Shown piece after piece: positions 35,596-44,304 of a DNA stretch of 64,000 bases. This DNA comes from an uncultured Eubacteriales bacterium. GTDB taxonomy: Bacteria > Bacillota > Clostridia > Oscillospirales > Oscillospiraceae. The number at the start of each line of letters is the position of its first letter. Position 1 is the stretch's first letter. Location of the stretch: assembly GCA_902465435.1 (NCBI GenBank), contig CABQNH010000005.1, positions 10,889-74,888 of the forward strand, read 5' to 3'. The notes beneath the pieces were generated by a model that was not told the origin of the DNA, did no database searches, and saw only the letters and a list, made by a program, of their open reading frames with translations. The position numbers and the translations under genes were made by a program.

Positions 35596-36746
35596 TGTAC
35601 CTTTCCTCCCTCGTGATTGGATTCTGCGGCTGCTTTCATCGCATGAAGCTTCTTTTCCTCTCTGGCGTCCAGACGGGCATTCAGGAACTGCTTCAGGAAC
35701 AGCACGAATGCGCACAGATAGATGATCAGGGAGGAGATAAAGTCAGAAATCTGAGAGCAATACAGGGACTTGTTGACGAACGCGCCGCCGTTCGTGATGT
35801 GCTGAATGAAATAGGAAGAGAAGATGCAGCCGATCGGGTTCAGGCCGCCGAGGAAAGCTGCCGCGATGCCGTTGAAGCCCATGCTGGGGACAGCCGCTTC
35901 CGTGCACTTCCACTGCTCGAAGCCGGTCAGGTAGTACAGGCCGGCAGCCATACCGGCGATGCCGCCTGCAATCACCATCGTGACGATGATGTTCTGCTTT
36001 TCCTTCATGCCGCAATACTTGGCCGCATTGCGGTTCGAGCCGGTCGCCTTCAGCTCGTAGCCAAACTTCGTCTTATTCAGGACAACCCAGACGAGCACGG
36101 CCATCAGAATCGCGATCGGAATTGCAACGGTAACGAAGTCGTTGTTGCCGAAGTGCTTTCCCAAGCCCATGCTCGGAAGCATCGCCTTGCGGTTGTTGTT
36201 CACGAGGCTGAAGGTATAGGGGCTGGTGCCCTCCTTCACGGTCGTCAGCAGCATGTTGACCGCATACAGGCCGATCCAGTTGAGCATGATGCCGGAAATA
36301 ACAACATTCACGTTGCAGAATGCCTGCAGGATGCCGGTCAGGGAGCCCCAAACCGCGCCTGCAACGATTGCCATGATCAGGCAGACATACCACGGGGAAT
36401 GGAAATGCAGAGCGAAATACAGCGCCGCGCCGCAGCCGACGGTGTACTGGCCGGCCGCGCCGATATTGAACAGGCCGACCTTGTAAGCAAAGAGGATGGA
36501 CAGCGAGCAAAGAACCAGCGGAGCGGTCTTAACCAGCGTATTGCCCAGGTTCTTCATGCGGAGCTTCTCGATCTTAAAGGTCAGGAAGTTCTTCGCGACA
36601 GCGGTGATTGCCTCTCCCGCGCCCTTGGAGTTGATAAGGAGAAGCACAACGTAGCCGACGAGCATACCAATGATAATGCACAAAAGAGAGGCAAGAATCG
36701 ATTGCAGTCCGGGGTTACGCAAAGGGGATTTTTTATTGTTCAGCAT
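35592..36746 (-). CDS. ABC transporter permease (BMP/nucleoside family, NupP/YufP-like)
   Basis: 384 aa, multi-TM. Overlaps the ATPase gene end by 7 nt. Confidence 0.85.
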   Translation of the reverse strand: MLNNKKSPLRNPGLQSILASLLCIIIGMLVGYVVLLLINSKGAGEAITAVAKNFLTFKIEKLRMKNLGNTLVKTAPLVLCSLSILFAYKVGLFNIGAAGQYTVGCGAALYFALHFHSPWYVCLIMAIVAGAVWGSLTGILQAFCNVNVVISGIMLNWIGLYAVNMLLTTVKEGTSPYTFSLVNNNRKAMLPSMGLGKHFGNNDFVTVAIPIAILMAVLVWVVLNKTKFGYELKATGSNRNAAKYCGMKEKQNIIVTMVIAGGIAGMAAGLYYLTGFEQWKCTEAAVPSMGFNGIAAAFLGGLNPIGCIFSSYFIQHITNGGAFVNKSLYCSQISDFISSLIIYLCAFVLFLKQFLNARLDAREEKKLHAMKAAAESNHEGGKVQ

Positions 36747-38278
36747 ACTTTACCCTCCCTTTTTGCGCCGGCCATGTAGAGGCCAAGCTCTTCAACGGTA
36801 ACCTTCTTCGGGTCAAACTCGCCGACGATCTCGCCCTCGTACATTACGAGGATGCGGTCGGAGAGATCCATGACCTCGTCCAGCTCCAGCGAGACAAGCA
36901 GAACCGCCTTGCCCTCATCACGCTGCGCCACGATCTGCTTATGAATGTACTCGATTGCGCCGACGTCCAGACCACGCGTGGGCTGCACTGCAATCAGCAG
37001 CTCCGGATCCTTGTCGATCTCGCGGGCAACGATCGCCTTCTGCTGGTTGCCGCCAGACATAGCGCGCGCGACGGTCACAGGACCCTGACCGGAACGAACG
37101 TCATACTGCTCGATCAGGCGATTTGCATAGTTGCGGATATTCTTGCGGCGGAGGAAGCCGAAGGAATCGGTGAATTCCGGCTCAAAATATCTCTGCAGGA
37201 TCAGATTGTCTTCCAGCGTATAATCCAGAACCAGGCCGTGCTTGTGACGATCCTCCGGAATGTGGCTCATGCCCATCACGCTGCGTGTACGGATAGGCGC
37301 CTTCGTAATGTCCTTGCCAAGCAGATGGATCGATCCGGACTTGAGCGGCTCCAGACCGGACAGGCCGTAAACAAACTCCGTCTGACCGTTGCCGTCGATG
37401 CCCGCGATGCAGACGATCTCGCCTGCGCGAACCTGCAGGGAAACATCCTTGACCGCATTCTTCTTATGCACCTTCGATGCAACCGTCATATTCTCCACAT
37501 CGAGGATCACATCACCGGGATGGCTTTCGCCCTTTTCAACATGGAAGTTGACGTCGCGGCCGACCATCATGGATGACAGCTCCTCCATCGTAGTGTCCGC
37601 CGTATTGACCGTGCCGATGTACTTGCCCTTACGCAGGACAGTGCAGCGGTCGGCAACCTCCATGATCTCATTGAGCTTGTGCGAAATGAAGAGGATGGAC
37701 TTACCCTCGGCGGCAAGGTTCTTCATGATCTGCATCAGCTCTTCGATCTCCTGCGGCGTCAGAACGGCCGTCGGCTCGTCGAAGATCAGGATCTCATTAT
37801 CCCGGTAGAGCATCTTCAGAATTTCGGTACGCTGCTGCATACCGACCGTGATATCCTCAATGACCGCGTCGGGGTCGACCTGAAGGCCATACTTATCCGA
37901 CAGGGCAATGACCTTTGCGCGTGCCTCTTCCTTCTTCAGGAAACCGTACTTGTTCGGCTCAACACCCAAGATGATATTGTCCAGAACCGTGAAGCATTCG
38001 ACCAGCTTAAAATGCTGGTGCACCATGCCGATGCCGAGGTCGTTGGCATCGTTCGGGTCATTGATCTGAACAACCTCGCCATCCTTCTTAATGACGCCCT
38101 CTTCCGGATGATACAGACCGAAGAGAACCGACATCAAGGTGGACTTACCAGCACCGTTTTCGCCCAGCAGCGCGTGAATCTCGCCATGCTTTAATTGCAG
38201 CGTAATATTATCGTTTGCAATAATGCCGGGAAATCTCTTGGTGATGTTAAGCATCTCAATGGCATATTGATTTTCCAA
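36740..38278 (-). CDS. ABC transporter ATP-binding protein with two fused ABC domains
   Basis: 512 aa. TTG start 9 nt after GGGAGG. Walker [10 protein letters not shown] in the first half. The second half carries an ABC signature-like SGGNQQK; no canonical GxxGxGK(S/T) Walker A recognised by eye there. Confidence 0.9.
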   Translation of the reverse strand: MENQYAIEMLNITKRFPGIIANDNITLQLKHGEIHALLGENGAGKSTLMSVLFGLYHPEEGVIKKDGEVVQINDPNDANDLGIGMVHQHFKLVECFTVLDNIILGVEPNKYGFLKKEEARAKVIALSDKYGLQVDPDAVIEDITVGMQQRTEILKMLYRDNEILIFDEPTAVLTPQEIEELMQIMKNLAAEGKSILFISHKLNEIMEVADRCTVLRKGKYIGTVNTADTTMEELSSMMVGRDVNFHVEKGESHPGDVILDVENMTVASKVHKKNAVKDVSLQVRAGEIVCIAGIDGNGQTEFVYGLSGLEPLKSGSIHLLGKDITKAPIRTRSVMGMSHIPEDRHKHGLVLDYTLEDNLILQRYFEPEFTDSFGFLRRKNIRNYANRLIEQYDVRSGQGPVTVARAMSGGNQQKAIVAREIDKDPELLIAVQPTRGLDVGAIEYIHKQIVAQRDEGKAVLLVSLELDEVMDLSDRILVMYEGEIVGEFDPKKVTVEELGLYMAGAKREGKVC

Positions 38279-38331
38279 TCTTAACTACCTCCCATGTTGT
38301 ATAAATTGGCCACCCGCCAGTATTATACCTT

Positions 38332-38360
38332 ATTATACTATAGAACTCCATAAAATACAA
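38332..38360 (-). promoter_or_regulatory. internal promoter in front of the ABC ATPase/permease genes
   Basis: Minus strand TTGTAT-17 nt-TATAAT, with a second TATAAT 10 nt downstream. Confidence 0.45.
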
Positions 38361-38613
38361 AGAGTTTTTTTTAGTTTTTTTATGATTTTTATCAAATGTT
38401 GCGAGAATTTTCCTGCGTGTCCGACCGCCGTGCAGTAATCGGACGCGCAGCCTCTTCCAATTCGCCGCTGCGCCGCGGCGCACTTCCGCACGATTCTCCT
38501 CTCCCTGCCCTGCCATCTGCCGGACCGATGTGCTTTCCCGCGCGGCAGTAAGCGCATTGTGTCGGGATCGGTCGGTGCGTGTCAGCCGCTCGGAACCATT
38601 TGAAGGCTTTTTT

Positions 38614-38643
38614 ACAAAAAAGGACGGGCAAAAAGCCCGTCCT
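38614..38643 (-). terminator. intrinsic terminator/attenuator directly after the binding-protein gene
   Basis: Stem AGGACGGGC / GCCCGTCCT with 5-nt loop, followed by TTTTTTG on the minus strand. Confidence 0.75.
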
Positions 38644-38678
38644 TTCGTTGTCGCGTAAAGAACTTCGATGAGAAGAAA

Positions 38679-39935
38679 TTACTTGATGTTGCCCAGATCG
38701 TTGACCGTGATGGTCGTCGTCGGCATAGCGGTGGTGTCGTTGGAGACAGTCACTTCGCCCTTGAACATCTTAGCGACCAGCTCGAGGTAGTTGTCATGCG
38801 TGAAGCTGTCGTCGAACTGCGTGGTCTCAGGAATCGCAACGTAGTTCTCAGCAGGATCTTCGGAGACGAGGCCAAGGGTCTCAACCTTGTGTGCGTACTT
38901 ATCCCATGCGCCCTCGATGGTGAGGTCGGTCAGAGCGGTCTTAACGGTAGCTGCCAGACCCTTCATTGCGGAGGTGACAGTCATGCCTTCGCCGTACTTG
39001 CCATCAATGTTGAAGCTCTGGTCGACGTCAACGCCGATCACCTTAGCGCCATCAACCTTCTGAGCAGCCTCGCAGACGGAGGTGAAGATGCCGCCGCCGC
39101 AAGCGAAGGTGACTTCCACGTTCTTCTGCTGATAGATGGTGTCCATGTAAGCGGTGATGTCCGCATCGCCGAAGAACTGGTTGCCATAGAAGTACTCGAT
39201 GGTGACCTGATCAGCAATGTTCAGCTCGACTGCAGCAGCGTCAGCACCCTGAACGAAGCCGTAGCCATAGCGGATAACAGCAGGAACTGCCATGCCGCCG
39301 CAGAAAGCGAGGTGCTTGTAGCCCAGCTTCACTGCTGCGTAGCCAGCCATGTAGCCAGCCAGCTCTTCCTGGTAAACAGCGCACCAAACGTTGTCGCTGA
39401 CGTGCGGCTCGTTGCTTGCGTCGATGAGCTCGGTACGGTTGCCGTTCTCGTCGTGGTTGTAGAAGGAATCCTCAAGGTCATACTCAGAGACGTCCAGGCC
39501 GATGAACTTGACATCGGGATATTCGTCCTGAACAGCGGTGATGGTGCCAGCGAAAGCGTAGCCAGGCATAACCATGACGTTGTAGCCTTCGTTGACAGCA
39601 GCCTCGACCATTGCAACACGCTCAGGCGTGGAGTCGCCGGTCGGCTTGTAGTAGGTGAAGTCCAGACCATTCTCTTCGCAGAAAGCCTTGCAAGCTTCGT
39701 AAGTAGTCTGGTTGAAGGACTGGTCGGTGATATCGCCGTAGTCGGTGATCATCGCGATTCTGTAGGATTTGTCAGCGGTCTTTGCAGGATCGGTCACAAC
39801 AGGCTCTTCGCCGGTTGCAACGGGCTCGTTGGTAGCCGGTGTCGTATCATCGGCCTTCTTGTCATCCTTTTTGCAGCCTACGAACAGGCAGGCAACCATT
39901 GCGAGGACAAGAATGAGAGCTAAGAGTTTCTTCAT
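38679..39935 (-). CDS. BMP-family (PnrA/Med-like) ABC substrate-binding lipoprotein
   Basis: 418 aa. Lipobox LFVGC, low-complexity linker, then a BMP-type fold (RIAMITDYGDITDQSFNQ). Confidence 0.85.
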   Translation of the reverse strand: MKKLLALILVLAMVACLFVGCKKDDKKADDTTPATNEPVATGEEPVVTDPAKTADKSYRIAMITDYGDITDQSFNQTTYEACKAFCEENGLDFTYYKPTGDSTPERVAMVEAAVNEGYNVMVMPGYAFAGTITAVQDEYPDVKFIGLDVSEYDLEDSFYNHDENGNRTELIDASNEPHVSDNVWCAVYQEELAGYMAGYAAVKLGYKHLAFCGGMAVPAVIRYGYGFVQGADAAAVELNIADQVTIEYFYGNQFFGDADITAYMDTIYQQKNVEVTFACGGGIFTSVCEAAQKVDGAKVIGVDVDQSFNIDGKYGEGMTVTSAMKGLAATVKTALTDLTIEGAWDKYAHKVETLGLVSEDPAENYVAIPETTQFDDSFTHDNYLELVAKMFKGEVTVSNDTTAMPTTTITVNDLGNIK

Positions 39936-40050
39936 TTTGTATTTACCTCCAAATGATTTTGTTGATCGGCCTCATGCCGTCAGATACATTCTCGCACAAA
40001 TCTTGCGAAAAATCAACCATATATTAAAATTTTGTTAAATATAGCTAAAA

Positions 40051-40464
40051 TCAGCCCCCTAAATCCTCCGGAGAAAAGCTTGCAGGTAGTACTTCTGACA
40101 AAGTCATGACCAAATACTCGTCGTTTGCCTTTCCGAAGATTACCTTGAAATCCTTCTTGCAGAATTCCTGCATGACCTGACGGCAGATGCCGCAGGGCGA
40201 GGCATAGTTTTCCGGCTCCGTTCCGGTCGGCCCGCCGACGACCGCGATCGCGGTAAAGTCGCGCTTGCCGTCGTAGACCGCCTTGAAAAATGCGGTGCGC
40301 TCGGCGCAGTTCGTCGCGCCGAAGGATGCGTTTTCAATGTTGCAGCCCTGATAGACGCTGCCGTCCGCGCAGAGAAGCGCCGCGCCAACGGAAAAATTGG
40401 AATACGGGCTGTAGGAGTGAAGTCTCGCCTGCCGTGCCATTTCAATCAGCTGCAGTTCCGTCAT
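40051..40464 (-). CDS. cdd: cytidine deaminase
   Basis: 137 aa. Zinc motifs CAERTA and PCGICRQ. Confidence 0.92.
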   Translation of the reverse strand: MTELQLIEMARQARLHSYSPYSNFSVGAALLCADGSVYQGCNIENASFGATNCAERTAFFKAVYDGKRDFTAIAVVGGPTGTEPENYASPCGICRQVMQEFCKKDFKVIFGKANDEYLVMTLSEVLPASFSPEDLGG

Positions 40465-40486
40465 AGGGATACCCTCCTTACCTTAA

Positions 40487-41653
40487 TTACAAAATTTCCT
40501 TGACAAGGCTCTTGCCTTCCGTCGAAAGCTTAACATCCAGCAGCTCGCAGATTGTCGCGGCAATCGTGCCGAAGCAATCGCGCGTACCAAGATTGCCCGG
40601 CTTGACCTGCTGGCCGAGGATCACGAGCGGCACATACTCTCTCGTGTGGTCGGTCGTTCTGAGGTAAGCAGGGTCGCAGCCGTGGTCGGCGGTAATCATA
40701 ACAAGATCGTCTTTTCCCATCTTCTCCATGAATTTGGGAAGCCAGGTGTCGAACTCCGTCAGCGCATTGGCGTAGCCGTCGATATTGCGGCGGTGGCCAT
40801 AGAGCATGTCAAAGTCCACAAGGTTGATGAAGCACAGGCCGTGGAAATCGCGGTCGGCATAGCCCATCGTCTTGTTGAGGCCGTCGGCATTGCCCTTGGT
40901 GTAGATGAATTCCGTGTCGCCGTGACCAGCAAAAATATCGTGGATCTTGCCGACGGCGATGGAGTCCAGTCCCTTCTTGGAGATGGCGTCGAGCATAGTT
41001 TCCTTCGGCGGCTCAAGCGAGAAGTCATGCCGGTTTGCCGTGCGGGTAAAGCCGTCCTTCTCATTGCCGATGAACGGGCGGGCGATTACGCGGCCGACGC
41101 CGTGCTTGCCGGTGAGGATCTTTCTTGCAATGCGGCAGTATTCATACAGCTTTTCGGGCGGGACGATATCCTCGTGCGCCGCGATCTGGAATACGGAGTC
41201 GGCGGAGGTATAAACGATCAGGTCGCCCGTGCGCATATGTTCTGCGCCGTACTTGGCAATGACCTCCGTGCCGGACCAGGGCGCATTGGCCAGAACGCCG
41301 CGGCCGGTCTGCTCGCGGAAGGGCTTCAAGACCTCCTCCGGGAAGCCGTTGGGATAGGTCGGCAGCGGATTCGGCGATACGACGCCCGCGATCTCCCAGT
41401 GGCCGATCGTGGTGTCCTTTCCGGCGGACAGCTCCTTCAGGCGGCAGACTGCGCCGTTGGGGTTTGCCTCCTTCGGCAGGTAGTCCACGCCGTCCATATT
41501 GCCGAGACCGGCCTTGAGCAGATGCGGGACGGAGAACTTCTTTGAGGTGGAGCAGCTTTTCAGCGTGTTGACGCCGAAATCGCCGAAGGACGCCGCATCC
41601 GGCATTTCGCCGACGCCGCAGGAATCAAGGACAAACAAGAAAATGCGTTTCAT
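40487..41653 (-). CDS. deoB: phosphopentomutase
   Basis: 388 aa from ATG 41653 (AAGGAG RBS). MKRIFLFVLDSCGVGEMPDA N-terminus and DHGCDP motif. Confidence 0.92.
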   Translation of the reverse strand: MKRIFLFVLDSCGVGEMPDAASFGDFGVNTLKSCSTSKKFSVPHLLKAGLGNMDGVDYLPKEANPNGAVCRLKELSAGKDTTIGHWEIAGVVSPNPLPTYPNGFPEEVLKPFREQTGRGVLANAPWSGTEVIAKYGAEHMRTGDLIVYTSADSVFQIAAHEDIVPPEKLYEYCRIARKILTGKHGVGRVIARPFIGNEKDGFTRTANRHDFSLEPPKETMLDAISKKGLDSIAVGKIHDIFAGHGDTEFIYTKGNADGLNKTMGYADRDFHGLCFINLVDFDMLYGHRRNIDGYANALTEFDTWLPKFMEKMGKDDLVMITADHGCDPAYLRTTDHTREYVPLVILGQQVKPGNLGTRDCFGTIAATICELLDVKLSTEGKSLVKEIL

Positions 41654-41757
41654 GATATAGGGATCTCCTTTCGATGGTGATAACCCCATCGCGCCATACG
41701 GCCGTATTGGGGCAATTGCCGCAATCCTTTCGATTGCGGCAAATTGACAGGCAAACA

Positions 41758-42498
41758 TTACTTTTCAAGCTTGAGGGCGGTCTCCAGAGCAATGCCCATC
41801 ATCTCGGTGAACGAGGTCTGACGCTCGGAAGCGGGCAGAGACTCGCCGGTCAGCATATGGTCGGACACGGTGCAGAGACACAGTGCGTTCTTCCCGGCGC
41901 GCGCCGCGTTCATGTAAAGGCCGGCGGCCTCCATCTCGCAGGCCATAACGCCCATGCGGATCCACGCGGGAACCGTCTGCAGAACCTCCGGCACGCCGTC
42001 GTCGTCATTATAGAAGTTGTCGGTGGACAGAACGTTGCCGACATGGAAGGTCGCGCCCGCCTCGCGGCAGGACTTCACGGCGGCGTCGAGCATCTCAAAG
42101 GAAGCGATCGGCGCGAAGGTGCCGTTCAGGTGGAACTGGTGTGCAAAGTTCGAGTCGGTGCAGGCGCCCTCGGCAACCAGAATGTCGCGGACATGGATAT
42201 TGGGGTTGATGGAGCCGGCGGAGCCGATGCGCATGATATTGCGGACGCCGTAGGCATTGTACAGCTCATAGGAATAGATGCCGATTGAGGGAATGCCCAT
42301 GCCGGAGGCCATGACGGAAATCTTCATGCCCTTGTAGTAGCCGGTATAGCCCTGCACGCCGCGCACGTTATTGACAAGGCGGATGTTTTCCAAAAAGTTC
42401 TCTGCAATAAACTTGGAGCGCAGCGGATCGCCCGGCATCAGCACGGTCTGGCCGAAATCATCGGGTGTCGCGTTGATATGAGGAGTCGGATAGTTCAT
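41758..42498 (-). CDS. deoD: purine nucleoside phosphorylase, DeoD type
   Basis: 246 aa. TPHINA...VLMPGDPLR...SVMASGMGIPS motifs. Confidence 0.92.
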   Translation of the reverse strand: MNYPTPHINATPDDFGQTVLMPGDPLRSKFIAENFLENIRLVNNVRGVQGYTGYYKGMKISVMASGMGIPSIGIYSYELYNAYGVRNIMRIGSAGSINPNIHVRDILVAEGACTDSNFAHQFHLNGTFAPIASFEMLDAAVKSCREAGATFHVGNVLSTDNFYNDDDGVPEVLQTVPAWIRMGVMACEMEAAGLYMNAARAGKNALCLCTVSDHMLTGESLPASERQTSFTEMMGIALETALKLEK

Positions 42499-42531
42499 AA
42501 TGGTTCCCCTTTCAAATATTGAAATACAAAA

Positions 42532-43116
42532 TTATTTTACCTTCCGGTGCTCACGGATATTGCGGATCCAGCACCTGTGGCACATTGCGGTATAGCAGTC
42601 GTTTCCGCCGAGCAGAAGCTGCGCGCCGTCCGTCACGACGTAGCCATCTGTGTCGATGCGGGCGTTGACGGTCGCCTTTCGGCCGCAGTCGCACATGGTT
42701 TTGATCTCCGTGATCGTATCGGCGATCTCAAACAGGCGGCGGCTGCCGTCAAACAGGTGCGCCGTAAAGTCCGTCCGAAGGCCGAAGCAAAGGATCGGGA
42801 TATCATGCTCGTCCACAATACGGCGCAGCTGATCGATCTGCTCCGCCGTCATGAACTGGCATTCATCGACAATGATGACGTCCACCTTGTCCCGATTTTC
42901 ATAGAGCGAGACAAGATCCGCCTGCGGAGAAACGACCTCGGCGGGTGCCTCCAAGCCGATGCGGCTGCGCAGAATGATCGCGCCGTCGCGCTGATCTGCG
43001 GAAGGCTTGATCAGCCAGACGCGCAGGTTGTTTTCTTCATAATTATATTTTGTGATGAGCGCCTGCGCCGTCTTGGACGAACCCATCGCGCCATATTTGA
43101 AGTACAGCTTTGCCAT
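42532..43116 (-). CDS. tdk: thymidine kinase
   Basis: 194 aa. P-loop GAMGSSKT and C-terminal zinc-ribbon cysteines. GGAGG RBS. Confidence 0.92.
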   Translation of the reverse strand: MAKLYFKYGAMGSSKTAQALITKYNYEENNLRVWLIKPSADQRDGAIILRSRIGLEAPAEVVSPQADLVSLYENRDKVDVIIVDECQFMTAEQIDQLRRIVDEHDIPILCFGLRTDFTAHLFDGSRRLFEIADTITEIKTMCDCGRKATVNARIDTDGYVVTDGAQLLLGGNDCYTAMCHRCWIRNIREHRKVK

Positions 43117-43208
43117 TGCGATACCTCCGCATTCTGACTTGGGATTTTATTATATAAGATTTTTTTGTTTTCTGCAACCAAAACTATTTTTGGAACGGGA
43201 AAAAGCAA

Positions 43209-43232
43209 AAATTTGTTGCTTTGCAACAGATT
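43209..43232. promoter_or_regulatory. 11-bp-arm palindrome in the divergent tdk / His-rich gene spacer (candidate operator)
   Basis: AAATTTGTTGC-TT-GCAACAGATTT with one mismatch, about 50 nt upstream of the -35 of the plus-strand promoter. Confidence 0.4.
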
Positions 43233-43279
43233 TCGCGGCAAATTTTTTGCAAAAACGACCACGCAGACGCGGATTTTCT

Positions 43280-43308
43280 TTGACAATCCGTCCAGAACGG
43301 CGTATACT
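43280..43308 (+). promoter_or_regulatory. sigma-70-type promoter for the His-rich protein gene
   Basis: TTGACA-17 nt-TATACT. Confidence 0.6.
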
Positions 43309-43355
43309 AAGAAAAAATATGTCTCGGCCCCAGCCGATCTGAGAGGAGCTTCCTT

Positions 43356-43694
43356 ATGCATTTTGAGCACGAGCACGACCACGAGCATACCCACGAGCAC
43401 ACGCATGACGGCGTGACGCATACGCATGCGCACACCCACGAGCATCCCCATGACCATGCGCATTGCCAATCCGATTGCTCCGCCTGCGGCGGCTGCAGCC
43501 CGATGGATGAGCTGAAGGCTATGATGAAATACATGGTCGGCCACAATGCCGCCCACGCACGCGAGCTGGCGGAGCTGGCAAAGCAGCTGGATGATGCCGG
43601 AAACAAGACCGCCTATGAGCAGGTCATGCTGGCCGTCTCCGATTTTGAGAAGGGCAATCTGCGGCTCTCGACCGTTTTGGCCTCGATGGAATAA
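43356..43694 (+). CDS. histidine-rich, Cys-motif metal-binding protein (uncharacterised)
   Basis: 112 aa with a GAGAGGAG RBS. 16 His in the first 36 residues in an alternating HxHx pattern, then C37-x3-C-x2-C-x2-C47, then a roughly 60-aa helical C-terminal domain. No signal peptide. Confidence 0.7.
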   Translation: MHFEHEHDHEHTHEHTHDGVTHTHAHTHEHPHDHAHCQSDCSACGGCSPMDELKAMMKYMVGHNAAHARELAELAKQLDDAGNKTAYEQVMLAVSDFEKGNLRLSTVLASME

Positions 43695-44139
43695 CGCCGC
43701 ATCCCGCTTTTCCTGTTTAGGGGGGCCCAAAGCAGAAGGTCTCTGCAGGAGCCGTTTTGCTTTTCAAAAATCGCCTTTGCAGTTTCCCGGCGGCGCGCAC
43801 TGTCCGATTGCTCGAACGGCACGGGGCTCTGCCGCAAAATAATAAAATACGCTTTCTAAAAGGGAAATATAGCGGCAGGAGTCACAACGTCATTGTGATT
43901 CCTGCCGCTAAAACACTATTTTGAACAGATTGCTTTGCAGCACTGCGCTTTTTCATGTGTCCATTTCTCTTTTGGAATTTCAAGCAGTCGGCACTTGCAC
44001 TTACCGTTTTTTTACTTCCTTTTAGGGCGCTCTCGGCTGTTCGCTGACGCCGCGCCAAGGCGCATTTTGTCCCATTTCGCGGAAAAACATCCCCCCGGGG
44101 GGCTTGCGCGCACAAAGTGCGGTATGCTTTAATAAACGC

Positions 44140-44161
44140 AGCCGGAGCGCCCGGCTTTTTT
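44140..44161 (+). terminator. intrinsic terminator inside the 610-bp spacer
   Basis: Stem AGCCGG / CCGGCT with 5-nt loop, followed by TTTTTT. Confidence 0.55.
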
Positions 44162-44304
44162 CGCGAAAAATGCACATTGACAGTCTGTGTCCCCGGTCTG
44201 TCTGGCCACAGGCCGGGGACGGCGCCCAATCAAACCGCAAAAGAAGGACAGGCGCTTTTGTATTATACGCCTGCCTGTCCGAAAAGGAAAGGAAAAATAG
44301 GATC

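Noticed and set aside
43882-44229. The 115-aa minus-strand ORF and the 65-aa plus-strand ORF (43935-44132) in the spacer before the importer.
   Set aside because: They have no RBS and a low-complexity basic composition, and they run through hairpin and terminator sequences. Judged non-coding.
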